This document shows positions 46,924 through 56,229 of a stretch of DNA of 64,000 nucleotides, in pieces. Numbering within the stretch: position 1 is the first letter of the stretch; each line of letters starts with the position of its first letter. The stretch comes from an uncultured Spirochaetales bacterium (GTDB taxonomy: Bacteria > Spirochaetota > Spirochaetia > SPDA01 > CAZSGZ01): NCBI GenBank assembly GCA_964440465.1, contig CAYTSI010000005.1:151-64150 (forward strand). The letters are read 5' to 3'. Under the pieces are notes generated by a model. That model had not been told where the DNA came from. It saw only the letters and a program-made list of their open reading frames with translations, and did not search any database. The position numbers and the translations under genes are program-made.

Positions 46924-47039
46924 TGCAACACAATTCTAATATTTTTATCGACATTTCTTGCCAAACCCTAAACGGATGTGTGTAAAATTTTCGGTAACGG
47001 GTATATACTGATACCAATGACCACTGTAAGGAGATATGA

Positions 47040-50000
47040 ATGAAACGGACCGTAATGCTGATTGCCCTTTTACTAGGCAGCATACTGCTTGTTTTTACCG
47101 GCTGCACCAGGGAGGAAGCCCCCGGGGCGAAACCTGCTACGGAGGAAAACACGGAGGAGATGAGTGAAAGCCAAAAAATCCAGCGGCAGCTGTATCAAGA
47201 CGCGGCAATTAACGAGGACCTAGCCTCCTATGACATTACCTACTACGAGCCGGACTCGATACAAACGGTAGCGGCGCCGGTGAAGGAATCGGACGAACCG
47301 TTTCAAATTGTCGATTACGGTCCCGTCGAGGAGCTTCCCCCGGAGGTCGTTTATCCGTCGATGTATGTCGTTTTCTCCCAGCCGGTGGTGCCTCTGCGGC
47401 AGCTGGGAGAACCTATGCGTTCGTCTGACATTATGTCAATTGACCCGCCCATACAAGGTACCTTCCGATGGTACGGGACCAGGCTTTTGAGTTTTGACGC
47501 CGATGAAAAGGCCCTTCCCCAGCGGCGTTACACCGTTTCAATTTCGGATACCGCGCGGTCATTAGGCGGCAAAGAGCTGACGGGAGAGAAATCCTTCAGT
47601 TTTCATACCGAATATCTTTCGATTCGGGACTTTTTTACCGGTACAGCGGAGGGGGACTACAGCTTAGATGATGTGCCCCCAGACGAAGCAAAAACAATCC
47701 ACATCGTATTTTCCCACAAGGTCAACCTCAATGTTATCAAAAATTATCTGTCCGTCGAAGCGGGAGGCCGCGGCTATAATTTTACCATTGCCCGTCCCGA
47801 CGACCCGGAAAATCGGCTGTCCGAAGAAATCAAGGAACGGACGGCAGTCCTGCATGTGGAAGGTCTGTTCCCTGAAGATACCGATGTTACCGTAACAGTA
47901 CGGAAAGGGGCGCGGAGTGAAGCCGATTTTATCGGTACGCCGGTGAACATAACACGGAGTTTTCATACCCTCAGGCCCTTCCGGTTTGTGGATTACGATA
48001 CCTGTTCCTGGTCCTTTCCCCGGAGCAGGCAGGGCGAAGCAAATCCGGTATATCTAAAGTTCAGTCATTCCGTAAAAGCCGAGGACCTCACGGGTAAGGT
48101 CCGCACCAATCCGGCAATGGAAATAACGGAAGAGAATGTCGAGGTTTACCGGGACCGGGTCCGGATCAACAATCTGCCCGTTGCCCCCGAGTCGGTATAC
48201 ACTCTGTTTCTGGACGCCGGTATTACCGACGTGTACGGGAGAAAACTACAAAGGAGCGAACAGGTCCGAGTCGAGGTCCCTCCGGCGGAACGCTACGCCT
48301 ATTTTCCGAATACCGGGCCCCGGATGCTGGAGGCCGCGTTCCCGAAGCGGATTATGTGGGAGCACCAGAATGTTTTCGAAGGCCTGTGGAAGGCGGATAC
48401 CGTTTCCGACCCCTACGGGACGTTCAGTCATGAGGAGCTCAGGCCCTACAATTTCGGAGAAATCGAGAGGAATAAACGGTATTTTGAGGTCTACAATTTC
48501 AAGGACTATTTGAACAGTGAAGGATACGGCTGGGTCGGCTTCTCCTGGAACTTCGGGAAGAGGAACAACGACGGCACCATGCCGACATGGACGAAACGGG
48601 ACCTTCGGCTGCAGGTTACCGATTTGGGCCTTACGGTCCGCCACGGTTACAATAAAATTATTACCCTTGTTACTTCCCTCGCGACAGGCGAGGCGGTAGA
48701 GGGTGCCGAGGTAAGCATTACGCGGAAACAGGCCGTTAAAAAGAGCACCGAAACGGATGCCGACGGCTTAGCGGTATTCGAGCTGGAAGAAGGGGAATAC
48801 TTTGAATATTTCGGGGTCCCCGGACGGACCTATGAAAATGAACTGCGGATACGGGTCAAGTACGGAAACGACAAAATAGAATTTAAACCGAATTACAGTC
48901 ACGATACGTGGCGTTCCAATATATACAACACCGCGGCGCCGACACAGATCGGGACCCCGAATATGGTCACCTATCTGTTTACCGACCGCAAACTGTACAA
49001 GCCGGGGGAAACGGTCACCTTCAGAGGTATCGACCGGAACCAGCAGTACGGTAAATACACGCCTTTTTCCGGCGGGTACGATATCGCCGTTCGTGAGTCC
49101 CGGTACCGCGGAAGAGAAATAACCCGTTTCCGCGGTGAAACAACCGGTTCCGGCGGGTTGTACGGGAGTTTTACCCTGCCGGAGGACGCGGAACCGGGGT
49201 GGTATGAAATTGCTTACAGCCGGGACGAAAAAACGGTCCGGGAGCTGTTCCAGGTGGCCCACTTCCGGCGGCTTCTCTTTTCCGTCGATATGTCGAGTCC
49301 CGACATTACCCATTATCAGGGGGACACGGTGAGTTTTACCGTTGCCTCGGAATATCTTGCAGGCGGGGCTCTCAGCCGGGGAAATTACGAGGTCTATTGG
49401 TCGAAACGTCCGGTTACCTACACGCCGCCGGGAGATGACTGGAAGGATTACCGGTTCGGACCGGAAGGGTACGACAGCAGACACAGCCTGGAAACTGCCG
49501 AAGGCAGCCTGCCGCCGACGGGTACTATCAATGTGAAGCAGAAAACATCACCCGAGGGCATCGAGGGGAGGGCCTATGTTTATGAAGCAGAAGCGCGAAT
49601 CAGCGACGTCAGCAATCAGCTTGTAGCAAAGCGGGAGGGTGTAACGGTCCATCCCGCCGCTTTTTACATCGGCGCCCGGGTGAAGGACGCTGCCGGCTCC
49701 TGGTATACCTTTGTGGAAAAGGGAAAGGAGATGGAGTGTGAGGTCCGGCTGGTTACACCGGAAGGCGGCCTTGTAAAAGACGGAGAAAAAATCAGCCTTA
49801 CAGGTGAATTGTATAAAATCGAGTGGAAACTGGCCCAGCAGCAGGGGGTGTATGATACCATCAACTCCCGCTGGGAGCGGGTGGAGACGAAAATCGCCGA
49901 CGAGGAAATAACCCTAAGCAGCGGAAAGGGGACGGCGCGGTTTACCCCCGGGGAGAGCGGTTCGTATTATATCAAATTTACCGCCGAGGACGCCATGGAG

Positions 50001-52820
50001 CGGAAAGCGGTAACGGAACTGAGCTTGTACGCCACCGGCGGCGGGTGGGTCCGCTGGGGGTCCGGAGACGCGGACATGCTGGAGCTGAAACCGGACAAGC
50101 AGCTGTATAAGCCGGGAGATACGGCGAAAATCCTGCTGCAGTCTCCCATTCCCGAAGGGGACTACCTGATAACCGTCGAGCGGGAGGGAATTTTCAATGA
50201 GAGAAAAATCAGCGTGGAAGGATCGGCGAAGCTGATCGAGGTCCCGATTACGGAGGACTATCTGCCGGTTGTGTATGTCAGCGTTTCCTCCTATACGGTG
50301 AGGACCGGCAAACCGGAGCATACCTACTTCGAACCCGATTTAGACAAGCCGAAGGGACTCTACGGCGTTACGCCGCTGCGGGTTGAAACGGCGGCGAAAT
50401 TGATCGATATCAGTATCGAACCGGCGGCACCTGCCTATTTGCCGGGGGCTGAGGCGGAAGTGGTCCTTACCGCGACACAAAACGGCAGGCCCGTGGAAAA
50501 CGCGGAGCTTACCTTTTTGGCAGTCGACCGCGGGGTTTTAGACCTCATCAACTACCATATTACGGACCCGCTTGCATTTTTCTACAGTGAAGGACGGTTT
50601 CCCCTGGCCGTGGAGGGGGCGGATTCCCGGTCCCTCTTAATCGACCCGGTTACCTACGACGTGCCCGACCTGGCAGGGGGCGACGGGAAAGACGGAGAAG
50701 ACGAGGGAGGCGCCGGTATGGGGATGAAAAGGCGGGAGGATTTTAACCCTACCGCGGTTTTCGAGCCGTTTCTCAGTACCGATGAAGAGGGCAGAGTAAC
50801 GGTGCGCTTTACCCTTCCCGATACCCTTACAACGTACCGCTTAACCGCCGTTGCGGTACGGGACAACAGCTTCGGTATTCAGGAAAAAGAGCTGAAGGTC
50901 CAGAATCCCATCAACGTAAAAACCGCCTTTCCGCGGCGTCTCCGCTACCGGGACACCGCCGTCGGCAGCGTGCTGCTTACCAATTTAGACGGCAAAGAGC
51001 ACGAAGTTACCCTGAATATCGAATCGGACATTCTCGGTATCGGAGGAAAAAACTCCAAGACCGTTGCCATACCCGCGGCGTCCACCTTGGAAGTGCCGTT
51101 TCAGCTCTTAGCTGTTTCGCCGGGTACGGCGGAAATTACGGTCACCACGAAGTCCGAAGTCCTGGAAGAACAGCTTGTGGAAACACTAATTGTTGAAAAG
51201 CCCTACATTTTCGAAACATTTGCCACTATCGGGCAGGCGGAGGACTCCGCGGGAGAGGGGATTGTACTTCCTTCCTATGTCGACGACGATGAGGGGAGCC
51301 TTACCATTAACCTTTCCGGTTCCCGGGCCGCCTCGTTAGGAGAGGCAATCGACTATGTAATCGGATATCCGTACGGCTGCATGGAGCAGCGGGCGAGCAA
51401 ACTCTTGCCGCTGGTGCTTTTAGAGGATTATGTCGACGATTTCGCTTTGGAAAATCCCGTCGGGGACATCAGGGGAACGGTGCAGGCCGACCTCGACTTG
51501 TGGGGAGCGTATCAGCGTTCCGACGGGGGGTTCCCCTTCTGGCCGGTCCGGGAAGGTGTATATTCATCCTACTATGCCACTGTCCGTGCCGGACACCTCC
51601 TGGCCCTCGCACGGGACCGGGGCTACACGATTCCGGACGGCCTCAGTGTTCCCGGGCTGCTCGACTATCTGGCCAATCCCCCCTCCTCCGCGCGGGGGAA
51701 CAATTACCTCATGCTCTACGGGCTCTATGTCCGCTCCCTCCTCGGTGCCGGAGTTTCCGGGGAGGCGGCCCGCTATTTTGCCAGGGGTGATGAAATTGGT
51801 ATTTCAGGATACGGATTTTTAGGGCTTATTTACCTGGACCAAAACCAGGACAATCAGGCGGAGCAGTGCCTGAACAGAATTAAGCAGTTTGTCCGGCCCG
51901 GTACCCGGTCCGTTGATCTAACGGAAACATACGAAAGCTCCTCGTTTTATAATTCCCAGGTTGAGCAGCTGGCGCTGTTTCTCATGCTTTACAGCCGGAT
52001 CGACCCCGAAAGCGATATGGTAACCAGGATTACCAACACCCTCATGGACAGACAGAAGGGGGGAATCTGGAAAAATACCGCCGATACAAACTGGGCCATT
52101 CAGGCCTTTACCTCATTACTGCAAGCCGAAGGCGGGGGAGGGCCCGATTTTGCCGCGGAGGTGACAATCGACGGTGAGACAATCGCGGAAGCTGAAATCG
52201 ATTCGATCGCGGAAATTTTCAACCGGAAGCTGCCCCTGTCGGGAAGCGTGCTTACGGGATTCGACCGGGACACCATGTATCCCCTTACATTTACAAAAGA
52301 GGGGGCGGGCCGCCTCTACTATACCGCGAGTCTGCGTTACGCAATTCCTTCGGAAATAAGCTACCCCCGGGACGAGGGGATAGGGATTGTCTATGAAATC
52401 AGCACCGTAGACGGGCAGAAGGTGGAGGGTGCTGCCCTTACCGTCGGTAAAACGTACCGTCTGAAAGCGGTAGTTTCCAGCCACCGCGGCCGGAGCTACG
52501 TAGCTGTCCGTCTGCCCGTGCCGTCGGGGGCGGAAATCCTCGATGCCGCTTTCGTTACCACACCGAAGTACGACGAATTTCAGGACCCGGACGTCGACTG
52601 GTCCCGGTATGTTCCATTCGGGTCGAAAATATTCGACAACGAAGTGCGCTATTTCTGGGACGAGTTCCCCCGGGGGCGGCAGGAGGTGAGTTTTCTCTTC
52701 CGGACGACCAGCGGCGGTGTTTTTCCCACGCCTCCGGCAACGGCGGAATGTATGTACGAACCGGAAATTTTCGGCCGGACCGGGGGGAGGATCTTTATTA
52801 TCAAACGGGATGAGGAGTAG
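47040..52820 (+). CDS. Bacterial alpha-2-macroglobulin lipoprotein of 1926 aa with an apparently intact thioester motif.
   Basis: The lipobox is VFTGC. MG-domain repeats are present. GYPYGCMEQRAS is the thioester CxEQ motif. Adjacency to pbpC is the classic bacterial A2M arrangement. Confidence 0.85.
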   Translation: MKRTVMLIALLLGSILLVFTGCTREEAPGAKPATEENTEEMSESQKIQRQLYQDAAINEDLASYDITYYEPDSIQTVAAPVKESDEPFQIVDYGPVEELPPEVVYPSMYVVFSQPVVPLRQLGEPMRSSDIMSIDPPIQGTFRWYGTRLLSFDADEKALPQRRYTVSISDTARSLGGKELTGEKSFSFHTEYLSIRDFFTGTAEGDYSLDDVPPDEAKTIHIVFSHKVNLNVIKNYLSVEAGGRGYNFTIARPDDPENRLSEEIKERTAVLHVEGLFPEDTDVTVTVRKGARSEADFIGTPVNITRSFHTLRPFRFVDYDTCSWSFPRSRQGEANPVYLKFSHSVKAEDLTGKVRTNPAMEITEENVEVYRDRVRINNLPVAPESVYTLFLDAGITDVYGRKLQRSEQVRVEVPPAERYAYFPNTGPRMLEAAFPKRIMWEHQNVFEGLWKADTVSDPYGTFSHEELRPYNFGEIERNKRYFEVYNFKDYLNSEGYGWVGFSWNFGKRNNDGTMPTWTKRDLRLQVTDLGLTVRHGYNKIITLVTSLATGEAVEGAEVSITRKQAVKKSTETDADGLAVFELEEGEYFEYFGVPGRTYENELRIRVKYGNDKIEFKPNYSHDTWRSNIYNTAAPTQIGTPNMVTYLFTDRKLYKPGETVTFRGIDRNQQYGKYTPFSGGYDIAVRESRYRGREITRFRGETTGSGGLYGSFTLPEDAEPGWYEIAYSRDEKTVRELFQVAHFRRLLFSVDMSSPDITHYQGDTVSFTVASEYLAGGALSRGNYEVYWSKRPVTYTPPGDDWKDYRFGPEGYDSRHSLETAEGSLPPTGTINVKQKTSPEGIEGRAYVYEAEARISDVSNQLVAKREGVTVHPAAFYIGARVKDAAGSWYTFVEKGKEMECEVRLVTPEGGLVKDGEKISLTGELYKIEWKLAQQQGVYDTINSRWERVETKIADEEITLSSGKGTARFTPGESGSYYIKFTAEDAMERKAVTELSLYATGGGWVRWGSGDADMLELKPDKQLYKPGDTAKILLQSPIPEGDYLITVEREGIFNERKISVEGSAKLIEVPITEDYLPVVYVSVSSYTVRTGKPEHTYFEPDLDKPKGLYGVTPLRVETAAKLIDISIEPAAPAYLPGAEAEVVLTATQNGRPVENAELTFLAVDRGVLDLINYHITDPLAFFYSEGRFPLAVEGADSRSLLIDPVTYDVPDLAGGDGKDGEDEGGAGMGMKRREDFNPTAVFEPFLSTDEEGRVTVRFTLPDTLTTYRLTAVAVRDNSFGIQEKELKVQNPINVKTAFPRRLRYRDTAVGSVLLTNLDGKEHEVTLNIESDILGIGGKNSKTVAIPAASTLEVPFQLLAVSPGTAEITVTTKSEVLEEQLVETLIVEKPYIFETFATIGQAEDSAGEGIVLPSYVDDDEGSLTINLSGSRAASLGEAIDYVIGYPYGCMEQRASKLLPLVLLEDYVDDFALENPVGDIRGTVQADLDLWGAYQRSDGGFPFWPVREGVYSSYYATVRAGHLLALARDRGYTIPDGLSVPGLLDYLANPPSSARGNNYLMLYGLYVRSLLGAGVSGEAARYFARGDEIGISGYGFLGLIYLDQNQDNQAEQCLNRIKQFVRPGTRSVDLTETYESSSFYNSQVEQLALFLMLYSRIDPESDMVTRITNTLMDRQKGGIWKNTADTNWAIQAFTSLLQAEGGGGPDFAAEVTIDGETIAEAEIDSIAEIFNRKLPLSGSVLTGFDRDTMYPLTFTKEGAGRLYYTASLRYAIPSEISYPRDEGIGIVYEISTVDGQKVEGAALTVGKTYRLKAVVSSHRGRSYVAVRLPVPSGAEILDAAFVTTPKYDEFQDPDVDWSRYVPFGSKIFDNEVRYFWDEFPRGRQEVSFLFRTTSGGVFPTPPATAECMYEPEIFGRTGGRIFIIKRDEE

Positions 52821-52832
52821 AAACAGCCGGTG

Positions 52833-52862
52833 ATTAACCCGCTCGGAAATGAGCGGGTTAAT
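52833..52862 (+). terminator. Stem-loop of 12 bp with a 6-nt loop, directly after the A2M stop. It lacks a U-tract.
   Basis: The hairpin is attaacccgctc-ggaaat-gagcgggttaat, read directly. Confidence 0.4.
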
Positions 52863-53118
52863 TAAGTGACAAGGCCCCTCGCCCGCGGAGGGTTCCCGGC
52901 CCCGTCCTGCTACGTCTTCTGGCTGACGGTATGAAAAGTATGCGGATAGTCCTTCCCGCTCACGTGGCAGTGGACCAACCGCGTAGAAACCCTCCACCGA
53001 ACACAGCAGCGCGTCTGCAGCGGAATTACACCGCAATTCCGTATAGCAGGACGGTTAGAAATCACCAACTGTCGGCAGTATACTATTCATCCGCCGGGAA
53101 TGCAAGCAAAAATCCGGC

Positions 53119-53696
53119 TTGATCTTCCGGTATCCGGGGTTTATATTTGTATTAATGAAAAAGACAATAATTCTCCTGCTGGTCCTGATGTGCGCGGTCC
53201 CGGTTTTCGGACTGGAGAGTATTTCCGTATATGGACGCCTGGTCGATTACGCCTGGGCGCATTCCTCGGATGAATTGGCCCTGCTGCTTTTTCGGGGGAA
53301 GGGCATCCCGATGTATATTTTTACAACGGACCTGAGCTGCTTCTGCGGACCGATGTATATCCCGGCATCATTACACTTGTAGGCTGGGATGAAGGGTACG
53401 CGTACTGCATGTCCGATGTACTCCTCGATGCGGGGATGACACAGGGTGAACGGGAGGAGTCGTACCGGAGGAGCGGAGAGGCCGAAGATGGCATTTCCTT
53501 TCGGGATTCGAAGTATTTTGTTGATGAACGGCTCAGGCTGTACCGGATCGATCCGGAAACAGGGACGGCGGTAGAATCCGAGAAATATTACAAGGAGCTG
53601 ATTAGCACTTCCTCCAGCGGTACCTACACTGTTGACTTTTCACAAATTACGCTTCCGGAGTCGGGATTCTCTCAGATTACCGTCAGCATTTTTTAA
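53119..53696 (+). pseudogene. Possible frameshifted small secreted protein. ORFs 53119-53382 (frame 1) and 53409-53696 (frame 3) may be one gene split at a T5G5 homopolymer near 53290.
   Basis: The frame-3 reading is open from 53274, overlapping the frame-1 ORF. The N-terminal ORF has a signal peptide. The join would sit at ctttttcggggga. Confidence 0.3.
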
Positions 53697-53851
53697 GCGG
53701 GCCGTATGGACCATCCCGGGCACGCCCGTCACCACCTTAAAATTGTTGAAGACCTGCCGCTGTCGCAAATAGAAGGGCTGAAAAGCGGCGCGAAGGAGAT
53801 GCTCCACGATCGGCATTTGATTCCCCTTTAAAAAAGGCGTACATTGTTGGC

Positions 53852-55759
53852 ATGAACGACAAAGAAAACCAATTTCAAAATCAATTTGACAAACTGCCCG
53901 GCTTTTCCGGCGGGGACAACGGCAACTTTTTCCGCAAATGGGGACCGCTGCTTCTCCTGCTCCTTCTGTTTACCATTCCCTGGATCGTGACCCTCTTTTC
54001 CGGAGGGGTAACCCGTACACAGGTAAGCTATTCCTTTTTTATTCAACAGCTGAACGAGGGAAATATCGAGTCCGTGCTGGTCCGCGGCGAAGAAATACAA
54101 GGAACGCTGAAGGAAAATGCCCTGACGCTGTCGACGGAAGGGGACGGCGGGGGGACGGAGGTGCGCCGGTTTACCACATTTTATCCGGCAAAGATCAGCA
54201 GTTCGCTCATTTCCGACCTCCAGGGCGGCAATGTTGTGGTATACACCCAGCCTGAAAGGGAGGGGGATTTTTTTACCGTTCTTCTGAATATTCTTCCGTT
54301 TCTTTTTATTTTCTGGATCATTTTTCGGCTTTCCAAACGGATGCGCGCCCAGGGCGGAGGGCTGTTCAATGTTGGCCGGAACAAAGCGAAAAAATATGAA
54401 AAGAAACGGCAGGAGGAAACCACCTTTGACGATGTGGCAGGGATAGAATCGGCGAAGGCCGAACTCAAGGAAATTGTCGATTTTTTAAAGAAGCCGGACA
54501 AGTACCGCAATTTCGGCGCGAAAACGCCGAAGGGAGTACTGTTAGTGGGTCCTCCGGGGACCGGAAAAACGCTCCTTGCCCGCGCGGTCGCGGGGGAGGC
54601 GGATGTGCCCTTTTTCAGCATCAGCGGTTCCGATTTTATGGAAATGTTTGTCGGTGTCGGCGCTTCACGGGTGAGAAATCTGTTTCGGGACGCAAAAAAG
54701 CAGCAGCCGAGTATTATTTTTATCGACGAACTCGACTCCATCGGCAGGAGCCGGGGCGCGGGTTTAGGGGGCGGACACGACGAGCGGGAACAGACCCTCA
54801 ATCAGCTCCTTTCCGAACTGGACGGATTCGAGCAGGACGAAAGCACAATCGTTCTAGCCGCTACCAATCGGCCGGACATTCTCGACCCCGCTCTGCAGCG
54901 CCCGGGAAGGTTTGACCGGCAGATTACCACAAATCTGCCGCCGAAGAAGGACAGAACGTCTATTCTGCGAATCCACAGTAAAAACAAACCATTGGCGGAA
55001 TCCGTGGACCTCGAGCGGCTTGCCTCGAGCACACCCGGGTTCAGCGGCGCGGATTTGGCAAACCTGCTGAACGAGGCGGCCTTGATCGCGGTAAAAAACG
55101 GGAAAAAGGAAATTGAACAGGAGGACCTTGATACGGCCAGGGACAAGGTGATACTTGGTCTTGAACGGAAAAGTGTCGTCATGAGCGACCGGGAAAAGGA
55201 GATTGTAGCGTATCACGAATCGGGGCATGCCTTAGTGGCGGCGCTCCTTCCCAATGCGGAGCCGGTCCACAAGGTCACCATTATCCCACGGGACCGTTCC
55301 ATGGGGGCGACGCAGCAGCTTCCCGAAGAAGACAGGTATCTGTATGAACTCGCCTATCTGCAGGACCGGATTTCGGTAATGATGGGAGGCCGGGCGGCTG
55401 AAAAACTGAAAACCGGTACCCTGACAAGCGGCGCGGAAAACGACTTGAAGGAGGCACAGAAACTCGCGCGGAAAATGGTCCTTGACTGGGGAATGGCGGA
55501 ACAATTCGAGAATATCGCCATGGGCAGCCAGCGGCAGAATGTTTTTTTAGGTGAACAGATCGCGGCTGAAAAAGAGTACAGCGAAGAGACAAACCGGCAC
55601 ATCGATGAAGCGGTGCAAAAACTGCTGACCGATGCTTTTAACCGGGCAACGGAAAACTTACAGGAGCAGGAGAAAGTCCTGGACGGTATTGCCGAAATAC
55701 TGCTGCGGGAAGAGGAGATATCCGGGCGGCAGATTTATGAAATGCTCCACACACAGTGA
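53852..55759 (+). CDS. ftsH: ATP-dependent zinc metalloprotease FtsH.
   Basis: It has two TM segments, AAA+ Walker A (GPPGTGKT) and Walker B (IIFIDELD), an SRH, and the HESGHAL zinc-binding HExxH motif. Confidence 0.9.
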   Translation: MNDKENQFQNQFDKLPGFSGGDNGNFFRKWGPLLLLLLLFTIPWIVTLFSGGVTRTQVSYSFFIQQLNEGNIESVLVRGEEIQGTLKENALTLSTEGDGGGTEVRRFTTFYPAKISSSLISDLQGGNVVVYTQPEREGDFFTVLLNILPFLFIFWIIFRLSKRMRAQGGGLFNVGRNKAKKYEKKRQEETTFDDVAGIESAKAELKEIVDFLKKPDKYRNFGAKTPKGVLLVGPPGTGKTLLARAVAGEADVPFFSISGSDFMEMFVGVGASRVRNLFRDAKKQQPSIIFIDELDSIGRSRGAGLGGGHDEREQTLNQLLSELDGFEQDESTIVLAATNRPDILDPALQRPGRFDRQITTNLPPKKDRTSILRIHSKNKPLAESVDLERLASSTPGFSGADLANLLNEAALIAVKNGKKEIEQEDLDTARDKVILGLERKSVVMSDREKEIVAYHESGHALVAALLPNAEPVHKVTIIPRDRSMGATQQLPEEDRYLYELAYLQDRISVMMGGRAAEKLKTGTLTSGAENDLKEAQKLARKMVLDWGMAEQFENIAMGSQRQNVFLGEQIAAEKEYSEETNRHIDEAVQKLLTDAFNRATENLQEQEKVLDGIAEILLREEEISGRQIYEMLHTQ

Positions 55760-55833
55760 AGTTGACCTGCATTTTTTCTTTTAGTATATTTACCGTATCA
55801 GTTTCGTAGAGGAGCTGAAAGAGGAGGAGACCT

Positions 55834-56217
55834 ATGGCTACAATAGATTCAACAATAATAGAGCAGCTGCAGTCGATTATCACTTCGGGGGTGGACGACA
55901 GTGAGCAGAAGTGTAAAGCGGCGTTTAAGGAAGTAATGCCGGAAAATCTGCCCGCTGATAAAATGTTTAACGAAGCGGCGGAGAAATTTTCCGACGAAGA
56001 ACTGGCGGAAGTGTGCGGAGAGGTTGCTTTAACGGTACACGCGGGATGCACCCGTGACGATTTTCACAATTGGAACTACGATCATCTCGAGTTTATCATT
56101 GACCTTTCGAACCGTTACGATTTTGATATACCGAAAAATTTTTTAAACGGGCTTCCCGAGCAGCTGATTATCCTGGTTGATTCGGACCATGTGAAAAAGC
56201 CCGAATGCGATGATTAG
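55834..56217 (+). CDS. Hypothetical acidic protein of 127 aa.
   Basis: ORF only. Confidence 0.35.
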   Translation: MATIDSTIIEQLQSIITSGVDDSEQKCKAAFKEVMPENLPADKMFNEAAEKFSDEELAEVCGEVALTVHAGCTRDDFHNWNYDHLEFIIDLSNRYDFDIPKNFLNGLPEQLIILVDSDHVKKPECDD

Positions 56218-56229
56218 AAAACAGGCTTA

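Noticed and set aside
46832-46964. The ORF-track start for nrdR at 46964 (198 aa)
   Set aside because: NrdR proteins begin at the CxxC zinc ribbon. The extra 44 codons would cover the two NrdR boxes and have no homology. A GTG start near 46832 is preferred.
53119-53696. Treating 53119-53382 and 53409-53696 as two independent small genes
   Set aside because: Frame 3 is open from 53274 and overlaps the first ORF. A 1-nt shift in a T5G5 run would join them into one secreted protein. It is reported as a possible frameshift instead.
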